A DNA stretch of 18,445 nt from Oligoflexus sp. (GCA_041736305.1 JBGSTX010000011.1:1-18445), one strand, 5' to 3'. Positions 7,187 through 16,450 are shown, numbered from the stretch's first letter. Program-made: numbers and translations. The notes: a model not told the origin generated them from the letters alone.

Positions 7187-8208
7187 GCAAGGACTCTCCA
7201 GCGTGACAGAGACCAGGCAGCCTCGGCTGAGAGAAAGGCTAGCGCCAGGATCAGAAAGGGCCAGGCAAACTCGATACGTCCTCGAGGTTCCTCCCACTCT
7301 TTCTTAGTTTTTTCGAGCTTATCTATCGTATCGTAGACCTTCTGTAGAGCTTCGGTGCTGCTGGCTTGAAAATACTGAGCACCGGTTTGCTGAGCAATGT
7401 AACTCATCAAGTCTTCGTCCATTTTGATCACCTGAGAGCGATATTCTATGCCCCAGAATCCTCGCACAGGAAAGGGCACAGGCTCGTTGCTGCCTACGCC
7501 GACAGTGTAGACCTTGATTCCAAAGGACTGCGCAAGGCGTGCAGCTTCGCGGGGATCGATCTGCCCCGCTGTGTTGCTGCCGTCAGTGAGGAGAATGATA
7601 ATCCTTGACTTCGCATCGACGTCCTTCAGGCGTTTGACAGCGGTACCCAGCGCATCGCCGATGGCGGTTTCTGGTCCAGCCATCCCTATATTCACCGGCT
7701 TCATAAATTCCAAAAGGACTTGATGGTCCATCGTCAGCGGCGCCTGGGTATAGGCTTCACTACCGAAAACGACGAGGCCGATGCGATCATCCCGGCGCTT
7801 TTCAATGAAGCTTTCCACCACTGTCTTGACGACTTGCAGTCGATTTTTGCGCTCGCCCTCCAGTTCAAAATCCATCGCGAGCATACTATTAGAAGTATCG
7901 AGCGCCAGCATAATATCGAGGCCAGCGCTGCTGCGCTTGCCTTGCTGATTAAGCAGTTGAGGCCTCGCCAAAGCTATCAGCAAGAAGGCCAAGAGGCCGA
8001 TCCGTAGCAAGAGGGGCACGCGCAGCAGCCAGAGGGCGCGCGGCAAGCCCTTGCCAGAGACGATGCTGGCACTTGGGTAGGCGAGCCCGGGCCGGCCCAG
8101 CTCTCGGCGCCAGAGCCAGATATACAGCGGCCATAGCATAAAGAGGAGGAGCAGGAGCCAAGGATATTCGAAACTAAAAGGCAGATTCGGTAACCAGGCT
8201 GCATTCAT
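7183..8208 (-). CDS. batA: vWA domain protein, BatA-like
   Basis: FEYPWLLLLL N-terminus, ALARPQ, DTSNSM, DRIGLVVFG, TAIGDALG, LLTDGSN, IDKLEKT. ATGA coupling with the DUF58 gene. Confidence 0.9.
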   Translation of the reverse strand: MNAAWLPNLPFSFEYPWLLLLLFMLWPLYIWLWRRELGRPGLAYPSASIVSGKGLPRALWLLRVPLLLRIGLLAFLLIALARPQLLNQQGKRSSAGLDIMLALDTSNSMLAMDFELEGERKNRLQVVKTVVESFIEKRRDDRIGLVVFGSEAYTQAPLTMDHQVLLEFMKPVNIGMAGPETAIGDALGTAVKRLKDVDAKSRIIILLTDGSNTAGQIDPREAARLAQSFGIKVYTVGVGSNEPVPFPVRGFWGIEYRSQVIKMDEDLMSYIAQQTGAQYFQASSTEALQKVYDTIDKLEKTKKEWEEPRGRIEFAWPFLILALAFLSAEAAWSLSRWRVLA

Positions 8209-9095
8209 CGTCTTCTTTGCCTCCGACGCCCTTCCCGCTCTTTGAGAAAGCGATGCAAGGCTTCTACCGATCCCTCTTCCGTATTGAGCAGCAAGGGACT
8301 GGCACCCATCGAGCGCATCGACGCGTACCAGGTCTTGAGCTTTTCCTCCTGCTCATGGGCCCAGCGCATCTGTAGGGCTGGGCTGCTGGCATCGACCAAA
8401 ACCCTTTCCCCGTTTTCCTGATCTTGCAGCAAGACCAAACCGACGTCCGGCATGGTCAGCTCCCTGGGATCGAGAACCCGAGCACAGACCAGCTCGTGAC
8501 GGGAGGCTAGCTGCTTGAGCCGGGGAATATAGGCATCGGCCCAGAAGTCTGAGATGACGAAGGTCAGGCAGCGGCGTTTTCTGACGTTCAAAAGGTAGCG
8601 GATCGCCCCATCTAGATTAGTCCCCTGCCCTTGCGCCTGGTGACCCAAGACCGAGCGGATAATGCTCCAAACGTGCGAGCGACCCTTGCTCGGAGGGGTA
8701 TAGTGCTCCACCTCGTCTGAGAATAGAATGAGCCCGACCTTATCCTGCTGCTTAATGGCCAGGAAGGCGAGAACAGCGGCAAATTCGGCTGCCAGCTCGT
8801 GCTTCCCTTGCGCCTGCGAGCCGAAAAAAAGCGAGGAGCTCACGTCGACGAGTAGCATAATCGTCATTTCCCGCTCTTCCCGAAAAACCTTTACATAGGG
8901 ATGACCCATCCGAGCGGTTACGTTCCAGTCGATGCTGCGCAAATCGTCGCCGACTCGATACTCGCGCACCTCATCGAACTCCCAACCTCTCCCCTTAAAA
9001 GCGCTCGCGTATTCACCGAGCAGCATATCCGAAGCGAGGTGACCAGCCTTGAGCTCGAGACGGCGAATTTTGCTGAGAAGCTCAGGAGAAAACAA
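8205..9095 (-). CDS. DUF58 domain protein (MoxR-associated)
   Basis: GEYASAFKGRGWEFDEVREYRVGDDLRSIDWNVTAR, VKVFREERE, DVSSS, ISDF. TTG start with GGAGG RBS. Confidence 0.95.
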   Translation of the reverse strand: MFSPELLSKIRRLELKAGHLASDMLLGEYASAFKGRGWEFDEVREYRVGDDLRSIDWNVTARMGHPYVKVFREEREMTIMLLVDVSSSLFFGSQAQGKHELAAEFAAVLAFLAIKQQDKVGLILFSDEVEHYTPPSKGRSHVWSIIRSVLGHQAQGQGTNLDGAIRYLLNVRKRRCLTFVISDFWADAYIPRLKQLASRHELVCARVLDPRELTMPDVGLVLLQDQENGERVLVDASSPALQMRWAHEQEEKLKTWYASMRSMGASPLLLNTEEGSVEALHRFLKEREGRRRQRRR

Positions 9096-9116
9096 TGCTA
9101 GGCGCCTCCGTGTTTT

Positions 9117-10997
9117 TCAATGCAGTCCATTCAAGGATTTTTGTCTCGTCCAGCTCACCGAACCTGGCCAGTAGGCGAGCACCGTGCTGTCGGTCATGAG
9201 GCGCTCGAGCGTCGTTACGGCTTCGAGTCCGCGCACCGGTGCTTTGAAGATGCCCAAGCTAGCACCGCCCTCAATCTCGCTTACACATTCCCACATTTTG
9301 TCTTCGACCAGGCAGTCGAGCAAATTCCTAGCCTTCGGCCTAAATCGCTTAACAGTATAGAGTTTTTGCGAGTCGAGCTTAGCCAATTCTTTAGCCGCTT
9401 GCATCGCTTCCTTGAGTCCGCCGAGCCGATCGACTAGACCCAGCTTTTGCGCTTCAGCTCCGGTGTAGACGCGTCCTTCGGCAATTTCGAAGACGCGCTG
9501 TGGCGGCTGCTTTCTACCTTCAGCCACCTTGTTCACGAAGGTGTCGTAGACTTCCTTGATCGATTCGCCGAGTAGAGCCTTGTCTTCGGCAGTGCTCGGG
9601 GTTCCGAAGTTAAGATAGTTTTTCCGGTCCGAGCCCGTGATGACATGAAAATGGACCCCCCACTTCTCGCCGACCTGCAGGCCCTTGGGTATGGCGCCGA
9701 CGACCCCGATCGAGCCGGTAATCGTCGTCGGCTCGGCGATGATAAGACTGGCGGGAGCTGAAATGTAATAGCCACCCGAAGCGGCGACCGAGCCCATAGA
9801 AACCACGACGGGCTTGACGGCTACTAGTTTTTTAACTTCATCCCAGATCAGATCGGAGGCCAGAGCCGAACCACCAGGGCTGTCGACCCGCAGGACGACG
9901 GCTTTGATCTTGGCATCGGCTTTGGCCCACTGAAGCTGCTCTATCAGACGCTCAGGAGTGATGACGCCACCGCCGGCACCACCAGAGCCCATCACGATTT
10001 CTCCCGTCGCTTCGATGAGACCAAGGCTTTGATCATCGCCGCTGTACTGGGCGGTATCGATGGAATCGGAACCGCTCAGATAATGGTCATCGTCGACAAA
10101 GTCCTTCGCTTGCGCCTCTTTTTTCAGCTCTTCTTCCCAATCGGAAAGGTAGCCGATGCGGTCAACCAGCCCTTGGGCCAGAGCTTGCTGGCTCGTGAAA
10201 AGCGAGCGTCGTAGCCACTGAGCTACCTCTTCGGGAGTCTTCTTTCGACCCGCGGCTATCGAGGCCACCAGTGATTGCCGGAGCGATCCTTCTAAGGACT
10301 GATACATCTCCGTAGTTTCAGTCGAGGGTGCGTCTTGCACGAATGCTTCCATGGCTGCCTTGTATTTCCCGGCTTTTACCACTTCTAGTTGGACACCCAG
10401 CTTTTCCAAAGCTGAACCGAAGTAGGTCAGCTGCAGCGAGGGACCCGGAATGGTCAAGCCACTGACAGGCGCAAGGTTAAGTTTGGTAGCCGCTGAACCG
10501 AGGAAGTAGAACGAGCTGTCCCCTTCATTCAAGTGGACGTAGAGAGGCTTGTTGCTGGCCACATACTGCTCGAGCGAGCGGCGCAGTGAGCTCAGCGTGC
10601 TCAAATCCGCCGAACTATTCTCCACATCGATCAGCACGCCTTTTACTCTGGCATCGGCAGCGGCACGACGCAGCACCATCTGCACATCATCGACTAAAAT
10701 CGGCAGATTATCGCTGAAGAGTCGGCTCAGGAGGCGACTCCTATCGTCGATGCTCTCGATGGAAAGGGGGCGATCGAGCTTGATGCGGACGATGACATCT
10801 TCTAGCGGTACGCTCGCCTTCGGTCCGCGCTCGACGCTAATGAGGCTTTCCCCATCGAAGTGCTTGTAGAAGAAAATTCCGGCCAGCACGCCGAGAATGG
10901 TTATACCGAGTCCTAAAAGGGCAAAATAACCTGTCAGGACCATAAAAATACTGCGCAATAAGCGCATGAAAAAGCCTCTTTGACGTGTTTCCGACAT
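9117..10997 (-). CDS. sppA: Signal peptide peptidase SppA (protease IV, long two-domain S49 type)
   Basis: N-terminal TM, GKYKAAME, RVDSPGGSALASD, SMGSVAASGGY, TGSIGV, GRVYTG..A..LGLVD. The ATG at 10997 (GGAG upstream) is preferred to the TTG at 11057. Confidence 0.95.
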   Translation of the reverse strand: MSETRQRGFFMRLLRSIFMVLTGYFALLGLGITILGVLAGIFFYKHFDGESLISVERGPKASVPLEDVIVRIKLDRPLSIESIDDRSRLLSRLFSDNLPILVDDVQMVLRRAAADARVKGVLIDVENSSADLSTLSSLRRSLEQYVASNKPLYVHLNEGDSSFYFLGSAATKLNLAPVSGLTIPGPSLQLTYFGSALEKLGVQLEVVKAGKYKAAMEAFVQDAPSTETTEMYQSLEGSLRQSLVASIAAGRKKTPEEVAQWLRRSLFTSQQALAQGLVDRIGYLSDWEEELKKEAQAKDFVDDDHYLSGSDSIDTAQYSGDDQSLGLIEATGEIVMGSGGAGGGVITPERLIEQLQWAKADAKIKAVVLRVDSPGGSALASDLIWDEVKKLVAVKPVVVSMGSVAASGGYYISAPASLIIAEPTTITGSIGVVGAIPKGLQVGEKWGVHFHVITGSDRKNYLNFGTPSTAEDKALLGESIKEVYDTFVNKVAEGRKQPPQRVFEIAEGRVYTGAEAQKLGLVDRLGGLKEAMQAAKELAKLDSQKLYTVKRFRPKARNLLDCLVEDKMWECVSEIEGGASLGIFKAPVRGLEAVTTLERLMTDSTVLAYWPGSVSWTRQKSLNGLH

Positions 10998-11159
10998 GAG
11001 TGTGTTCCGACTCCAGAAAGGGTTAAGGACAGCCTCAGTGTAGCCGTGTTTGCGCAAAAAAAAAATTATTTCGCAGGGTCACAGGCTCGAGTCTTGCGGA
11101 TCACTAAGTGGCTCGATACATTAAATTCTCGGTAGGCACTGTCAAAGAGGGAGGAGTCC

Positions 11160-11927
11160 ATGAGCTCCAAGGGTCGAAATGCCCCAGAAACTCCGCTATG
11201 GGAAAGTCATCCCCAGCTGGCTGCGATTATGTTGGCTGCTCTAGCTGAGAATCCTCTTACGATCGATTTGACTGACGATCAGCGGCTGGAAATCGTCGAA
11301 CTCGCTCTTCGCGAGCAGAAAATGAATGATGCGGCCTGGCTTACTGCGACAGCGCTACGGATCCGCGGCGGCGAGCGGCTCCTCGAAGCCCCCGTCCAGG
11401 CTGGTAAAAATGCTAAGCCTGCGCTGCAGACCGACATCCCTATTTCCCGTCCAACTCCCGTACACAGTCAGGAAGATCTCGATGCGATTTTGGATGCCCA
11501 TGCTGCCTGGATCAAGCAGGTCCTGGAACCTGGTCTCGAACTCGGCAGTGGGCGCGCCAATCTCAAGGGCAATGACCTGCGCGGCTTTCAGCTCGAAGGA
11601 CGCGATCTGCGGGCCGCCCAGCTCGAGGCCTGCGATCTGCGCGGATGCAGCCTCATAGCGGTCAACTTCGCAGGGGCAAATCTTAGCCGAGCCCAGTTGG
11701 CTGGAGCCTGCTTAGATAGGGCTCGCTTGCGGCGCAGCAACCTCAGCGGTGCCGATCTCAGTGGTGCTTCTCTGCGGGGGGCAGACCTGAGGCATACGCT
11801 CTTGCAGGGGGCTCGACTCGAAGGCACCGACATTACCGACACCGTGCTAGAAGCAGCCGCCAAAGCAAAAGCTGCTGCCGAGGAAGCCAAGTCAAAAAAC
11901 TTAACGCCACCGGCGCGTCAGGGTTAA
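11160..11927 (+). CDS. Pentapeptide repeat protein with N-terminal extension
   Basis: LDAILDAHAAW followed by A(D/N)Lxx repeats (ANLKG, CDLRG, ANLSR, SNLSG, ADLSG, ADLRH). GAGGAG RBS. Confidence 0.92.
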   Translation: MSSKGRNAPETPLWESHPQLAAIMLAALAENPLTIDLTDDQRLEIVELALREQKMNDAAWLTATALRIRGGERLLEAPVQAGKNAKPALQTDIPISRPTPVHSQEDLDAILDAHAAWIKQVLEPGLELGSGRANLKGNDLRGFQLEGRDLRAAQLEACDLRGCSLIAVNFAGANLSRAQLAGACLDRARLRRSNLSGADLSGASLRGADLRHTLLQGARLEGTDITDTVLEAAAKAKAAAEEAKSKNLTPPARQG

Positions 11928-11946
11928 TTTTAAGGAGACAAACTTT

Positions 11947-12303
11947 ATGAGCGATCCGACCCATCAAGCGCGCGATAAAAGAGTCAAGCCTCGCTTTAAA
12001 ATCCAGGTAGCAGCTCGGATTCGGGCGCAGCTCATCGGCAGTTCCAACGCTTACGAATTTGTCACAGAAAACATCAGTGAGTCCGGACTGCTCGTGAGAC
12101 AGCCGCCAGACCATCGCCATAACTTTAACGAGCAGACCATCCTTGAAGTATGGGTGCGTACTGAGGTTGGCAAAGAAATCTTCTTTTTCGCTAAATACGT
12201 TCGGCAAGCCGGAGATGCTGCTTTCGCCATGCGCATCATCGATATTGATCCAGAAAACCTCGAACTTTTTCAAGATTTCATCGGCGGACTCATGGAGGAA
12301 TAA
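11947..12303 (+). CDS. Single-domain PilZ protein (putative c-di-GMP receptor)
   Basis: RxxxR motif (KRVKPRF) and (D/N)xSxxG motif (NISESG). AAGGAG RBS. 19 nt after the pentapeptide gene. Confidence 0.88.
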   Translation: MSDPTHQARDKRVKPRFKIQVAARIRAQLIGSSNAYEFVTENISESGLLVRQPPDHRHNFNEQTILEVWVRTEVGKEIFFFAKYVRQAGDAAFAMRIIDIDPENLELFQDFIGGLMEE

Positions 12304-12563
12304 GCTGCACTCTTCGCCTCCTCAGCCTCGTCGCCGAACCTCTAAACCCCTTCTGCTAGTGGACTTTGGAGTTTGCTTGCTCACCCTTGCGCAGCAGCTC
12401 TTTTCGCTTTCCTTTTAGTTTTTTTTAGACTATCTAAATCTACGCACTACTCGAACTTCCTCCTCGCGCTGATAGAGCCGGCTCTGGTCCTGTCGTTCCT
12501 CCTTTCCCCATAAGAAATTATCAACGTGAACTTATTAAACATATTTCATGCGAGGGACTGATC

Positions 12564-12986
12564 GTGAACAATCAAGAACCAGCTTCGATCAAAGCACTTC
12601 GTTATCGTCCTGAACCTAAGAAAAGCCAATCTTTGCTCTTTTTTTCGCTCTTCACAGCCGCTTTCCTCATCGCTGTAGCCAGCATGCTCGCGGGTTTCAT
12701 GTACGGCGATTCCTACGGACGCAAGCACGCTCAGTATGATAATCCGGTATTGCGGGAGTATTATGCAGGCCAGTGCTATGCCTATTGGGAAACTCAGTTT
12801 AAGAAGACCGTTCGTCAAACTCTCGCTAAAATCGGCCCCACTTCCGAACAAACAGCTCGTCTCGACGAAATGCGCATGATGATAGTCGATATGCAACAGA
12901 ACCTTAATGAGTTGGCGCTGCAGAAAGCAGGCGACCCTAAGAAAAAAATGGTCAGCACCAGTCCCGCGGGACGGCTGTTGCCTTAA
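12564..12986 (+). CDS. Hypothetical single-pass membrane protein
   Basis: GTG start with GAGGG RBS. TM LLFFSLFTAAFLIAVASMLAGFM followed by a helical/coiled C-terminus. 12 nt from the next gene. Confidence 0.7.
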   Translation: MNNQEPASIKALRYRPEPKKSQSLLFFSLFTAAFLIAVASMLAGFMYGDSYGRKHAQYDNPVLREYYAGQCYAYWETQFKKTVRQTLAKIGPTSEQTARLDEMRMMIVDMQQNLNELALQKAGDPKKKMVSTSPAGRLLP

Positions 12987-12998
12987 CACCGAGAGGGT

Positions 12999-13979
12999 AT
13001 GACGATGCTGCGCAAAACTCTTGAGGGGATCTTCCTCTTAGGTCTCAGTTTTTGCCTCGACCAGGGTGCCAGAGCTCAGGAACTCTTCCCTACATCGCCC
13101 GTGCTCGACAAGCAGATCCGCTTCTGGGAAAGCATTTTCTCGGAATATTCAAGTTCTTATATCGTTATCCACGACCGCAGCGAGCCACATATCGTGCTCG
13201 GTACGATCCACCTTCCGTCGCGCGGATACGCCAACACCCTGAGCCCCGGCATTGGCAAACTCTCCGAGCGCGAAGAGCTCCTCTACAGCCAGGTCGTGGC
13301 CAGCTTCACCGACGGCGCTTCAGCCAAAAATCGAAGTTCATTGCACCTTCAGGTCTGGAAGGCTTACAGTCGAGATAAGACCGCTCTCGAACGCCTTCTG
13401 CGCGGCGAAGTGAAAATCCGCTCGCAGGGTGGCCTGGCCGACACCTTTAAGAAAGCTCTCAAAACCTCCGAGCTTTATCTGCCTCGAATGGAAAAGATAT
13501 TCCGCGAGCATCAGCTCCCCCGAGAGCTGACGCGACTGGTTTTTGTCGAATCGATGTTCAATCTCCACGCACGCTCGAAAGTGGGCGCTTCTGGGTTCTG
13601 GCAGCTGATGCCAGGATCGGCTCGACCGCACATCCGCGTCGACCGCACGGTCGACGAACGCAATTCACCTTACCTGGCTACCAAAGCAGCCGCGCGTATC
13701 ATGTCTCAAAACTACAGTGCGCTAGGCAGCTGGCCTTTGGCCATCACAGCCTACAATCACGGACTTGGTGGAATGCGCAGGGCTGTTGAGCAGGTTGGCA
13801 GCCGCGATTTAGGCGAACTGGTGACTGCTTACCAATCCCCCAGTTTTGGCTTCGCTAGTCAAAATTTCTATGCTGAATTTGTCGCAGCTCTGCGCACCTA
13901 TGAAAAGCTAACACGAGGCAAAAACCCTCCGAAAATCGCCAGTGAACCGCTGCCCCGGCGTTCGACTCGTTCTAACTGA
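12999..13979 (+). CDS. Lytic transglycosylase (SLT domain, MltD-like)
   Basis: Signal peptide ...ARAQ. Catalytic VESMFN, SKVGASGFWQLMP, DERNSP, LAITAYNHG, FGFASQNFYAEF. No LysM domain seen. Confidence 0.93.
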   Translation: MTMLRKTLEGIFLLGLSFCLDQGARAQELFPTSPVLDKQIRFWESIFSEYSSSYIVIHDRSEPHIVLGTIHLPSRGYANTLSPGIGKLSEREELLYSQVVASFTDGASAKNRSSLHLQVWKAYSRDKTALERLLRGEVKIRSQGGLADTFKKALKTSELYLPRMEKIFREHQLPRELTRLVFVESMFNLHARSKVGASGFWQLMPGSARPHIRVDRTVDERNSPYLATKAAARIMSQNYSALGSWPLAITAYNHGLGGMRRAVEQVGSRDLGELVTAYQSPSFGFASQNFYAEFVAALRTYEKLTRGKNPPKIASEPLPRRSTRSN

Positions 13980-13980
13980 C

Positions 13981-14005
13981 CCGCCATCGTGCGGGCGGTT
14001 TTTTT
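13981..14005 (+). terminator. Rho-independent terminator
   Basis: CCGCC-N8-GGCGG followed by T7, immediately after the transglycosylase stop. Confidence 0.75.
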
Positions 14006-14185
14006 CTCAGTAGCCGCTTCATTTCTCTTTTGCCAATCAGCGAAGACTGCGGGAAAAACTTCGTCGCGGAGCCTCGCCGCCTAAGTTCCCTGGCCGAATT
14101 TTGCTTGGCTGAAAACCGCAGCAGGCGTAGCCTGTTAATGAGAGAAGGCCCGGGTTTAAGTGAACCAGCAGCAAAAGGGGAAATC

Positions 14186-14605
14186 ATGAAATTCCTTTAC
14201 TCCTTCCGCCATATGGACAGCTCCAACGCTCTCATGTACTATTTTGAAGAAAAAATGAGCACAGGCATGGAGGCCCTGATCCAGACGTCTAGCCCGATTA
14301 ACGTGACCTTCATCGTAGAAAACGGCGAGCACAAGATTCATGTCGAGCTGCTTGCACGCAACCACGCTCTTATCGAGGTAACGGAAGCATCGGAAGAAAT
14401 GCACAAGACGATCGACCTAAGCGTCGATACGATTACCAAGATGCTCACGCGGCAGAAGAGTAAACAAACCCACCATCATGTGAAAATGGATCGTTTCGAG
14501 GCTGCATTGGCCGCTTCTACTGTGGCGGCAGCTGATGTGGCTGAAGATGAGACAGATTTCGAGGGCGAGGAAGACTTTCTAAGGCCGCTCCCTCCTACTC
14601 CCTGA
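14186..14605 (+). CDS. hpf: Ribosome hibernation factor HPF/RaiA-family protein (divergent) with acidic tail
   Basis: FRHMDSSNALMYYFEEKM, beta strands, and EEMHKTIDLSVDTITKMLTRQKSK match the HPF/RaiA layout. ATG 14186 with AAGGGG RBS; the ORF track starts at 14030. Confidence 0.8.
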   Translation: MKFLYSFRHMDSSNALMYYFEEKMSTGMEALIQTSSPINVTFIVENGEHKIHVELLARNHALIEVTEASEEMHKTIDLSVDTITKMLTRQKSKQTHHHVKMDRFEAALAASTVAAADVAEDETDFEGEEDFLRPLPPTP

Positions 14606-14619
14606 ATACGAAACTAAAT

Positions 14620-14656
14620 AAAAAGCGACAGGGCCAGCCTTCTCGGCCCTGTTTTT
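14620..14656. terminator. Probable bidirectional intrinsic terminator between convergent genes
   Basis: ACAGGGCC(14628-35)-N9-GGCCCTGT(14645-52), with an A-run upstream and a T-run downstream. Confidence 0.7.
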
Positions 14657-14674
14657 CATTCAAGTTCGATCTAT

Positions 14675-16450
14675 TCACTTAATTTGTTTCAATTTGATGC
14701 AGAAGCGAGCTCCGCTTTGGTAGGAACTATCCAGTTCAATAAGCCCGCCATGATCGCGTATAATCTCGCGCGATATATAGAGCCCGAGTCCTGTGCCCTT
14801 GGTCTTACCGAAAGTGGCAAAAGGCTGGAATAGGGTCTTCGCCAGTTCGCTCGAAACTCCAGGTCCATCATCCGTTATGGCTATCTCCATCCAGACCGCA
14901 TCGATCGCCCGCGTGGCGATGTTGATTTTGCCGCCCTCTTTGAGAATGTCCAAAGCGTTGTTGGTGAGATTAAAGATGACACGCATGAGCTTCTGGCGAT
15001 CCACCCTGACCTGGCCCTGATAGGCGAAGTCCGTCGTCAGTTCGACTTTGTGCCTCTGCGTTTCGAGTTCGAGCATCGAAGCGATCTCGCTCAAGACCTC
15101 GTTAAGCGGCATCACCTCGAAGCGGAAGCGCTTCTCCCCACGTGCGACGCTCAGGAGCTCTTCGACCATGGTTATGCAGCGATTGGCCTGATTCCTGATA
15201 ATGTTGCCGATGCGCTCCATTTGGACGTCCGACATTTGCTCCCAGTTACCCAAGAGCTCTGCGCAGCCGATGATAGCCGATATGGGATTTTTCAGGTCGT
15301 GGATGATCGTGCTCGCCAGCTGACCTATAGCAGCTAGATTTTTCGAACGTTCTTTTTCTTCTACCAGTTGTCGCCGCATCAGCAAAGAGATGATCTGCAT
15401 ACCGATCACCTGCAGAAAGGCCAGATCTTCGTAAACGAAGCCGCTGGGCTTATTAAAGATCTCAAAGATGCCCTGAACCGCTTCTTTCCCAGGCTCACCG
15501 ACTTGGTTCAGCGGAAAAGCCATTAGATTATCAATTCGGAAATCCAGCTCCCGTTCGAGCAAGTCCAAGGAACTGTCAGGCTCGTTGAGCGTATTGATGA
15601 TGATGGGCTTACCACCCTGCAGAACCTGGATCAGACGCTCGCTGTCGAGGCGTTGCTCGGTCAGGTGCAGAACCTGACTTTGGGCATCGATGCGGGCCGC
15701 ATAGGTTTCCCAGCTTTGGCTGCCGGTCTGTATCATCAGACAGCCCGCCTCGGCACCGATTGAACGGACCGCACGGCGGATGACTCTACTTATAAAGTCG
15801 TAGAGAGTTGCCGAGTCGTTGACGTACTGCTCGAGCTCACGGACGACCTCGAGCTGGTCTATTTTTTGTTTGAGACGAATCTCTGTGTCGGACAGATCGC
15901 GAATGACGCGGGCTTTTTCTTGGTAGAGATAAGCCGATTCAATGGCAACGGCCGCCTGCGCGGCGAAGGCATTGGAGAAGCTCTCGTCGGATGGATCAAA
16001 ACTGCCAGTGACTTTGTTCAATAGTTGCAAGCAACCAATCGTGCGCCCTTCGACGTTGGCGAGAGGCACGCAGAGGATGTTGTGGGTCCTATAGCCGGTA
16101 GCCTTGTCGATATCGGAATTGAACATACTGGTCGTGTAGGCATCGTCGATTCTGATGGTCTTGCCACTGTCGATACAGCGGCCAGCGACTCCAGCTCCGC
16201 GTGGGAAGCGAATGATTTGATTTTCACCCAACTGTACCTTCGACCAGATTTCCTGTCTTTGGGGATCGAGAAGAAAAATGCTGCAGCGATCGGCCTGCAA
16301 GGCTTTCCGTCCTTGATCGGCAATGTAGACGAGCAGGTTATCCAGATTCTTCTCGAGGCCCATGAAACGGCAGACGTCGAGGAGCATGAGCAGCTGATCG
16401 AGACGGGGAACTTCGGGGAGCGCTTCCTGCAGCTGAATCGCATTAGACAT
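14675..16450 (-). CDS. Cytoplasmic GAF-GAF sensor histidine kinase (HisKA + HATPase)
   Basis: GAF1 has ADRCSIFL...FNSDIDKATGYRTHNILCVPL...QLLNK (PDE-type GAF). A second GAF ends EIFNKPSGF. H-box IIHDLKNP, N-box NLTNNA, DDGPG, FQPF, GTGLGL. No TM. Confidence 0.95.
   Translation of the reverse strand: MSNAIQLQEALPEVPRLDQLLMLLDVCRFMGLEKNLDNLLVYIADQGRKALQADRCSIFLLDPQRQEIWSKVQLGENQIIRFPRGAGVAGRCIDSGKTIRIDDAYTTSMFNSDIDKATGYRTHNILCVPLANVEGRTIGCLQLLNKVTGSFDPSDESFSNAFAAQAAVAIESAYLYQEKARVIRDLSDTEIRLKQKIDQLEVVRELEQYVNDSATLYDFISRVIRRAVRSIGAEAGCLMIQTGSQSWETYAARIDAQSQVLHLTEQRLDSERLIQVLQGGKPIIINTLNEPDSSLDLLERELDFRIDNLMAFPLNQVGEPGKEAVQGIFEIFNKPSGFVYEDLAFLQVIGMQIISLLMRRQLVEEKERSKNLAAIGQLASTIIHDLKNPISAIIGCAELLGNWEQMSDVQMERIGNIIRNQANRCITMVEELLSVARGEKRFRFEVMPLNEVLSEIASMLELETQRHKVELTTDFAYQGQVRVDRQKLMRVIFNLTNNALDILKEGGKINIATRAIDAVWMEIAITDDGPGVSSELAKTLFQPFATFGKTKGTGLGLYISREIIRDHGGLIELDSSYQSGARFCIKLKQIK

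Noticed and set aside
11056-11065. A10 homopolymer in the sppA/pentapeptide divergent region as a phase-variation tract
   Set aside because: It lies outside the probable CDS (start 10997) and no clear promoter boxes flank it; length variation cannot be judged without reads.
11085-11118. GGCTCGAG...CTCGATA as a third sigma28 promoter
   Set aside because: Spacing is about 5 nt too long and the -10 box is a poor match.
11560-11830. 15-nt periodic repeats
   Set aside because: Explained by pentapeptide-repeat coding; not CRISPR or a DNA repeat element.
12546-12989. 147-aa antisense ORF and other overlapping shadow ORFs in the track (e.g. 3595-4083, 4169-4636, 11833-12273, 16018-16461)
   Set aside because: They overlap better-supported genes that have RBSs, motifs and operon context, and show no recognisable domains.
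14091-14105. TGGCCGAATTTTGCT as a sigma54 promoter for hpf
   Set aside because: GG-to-GC spacing is 9 nt rather than the strictly required 10.
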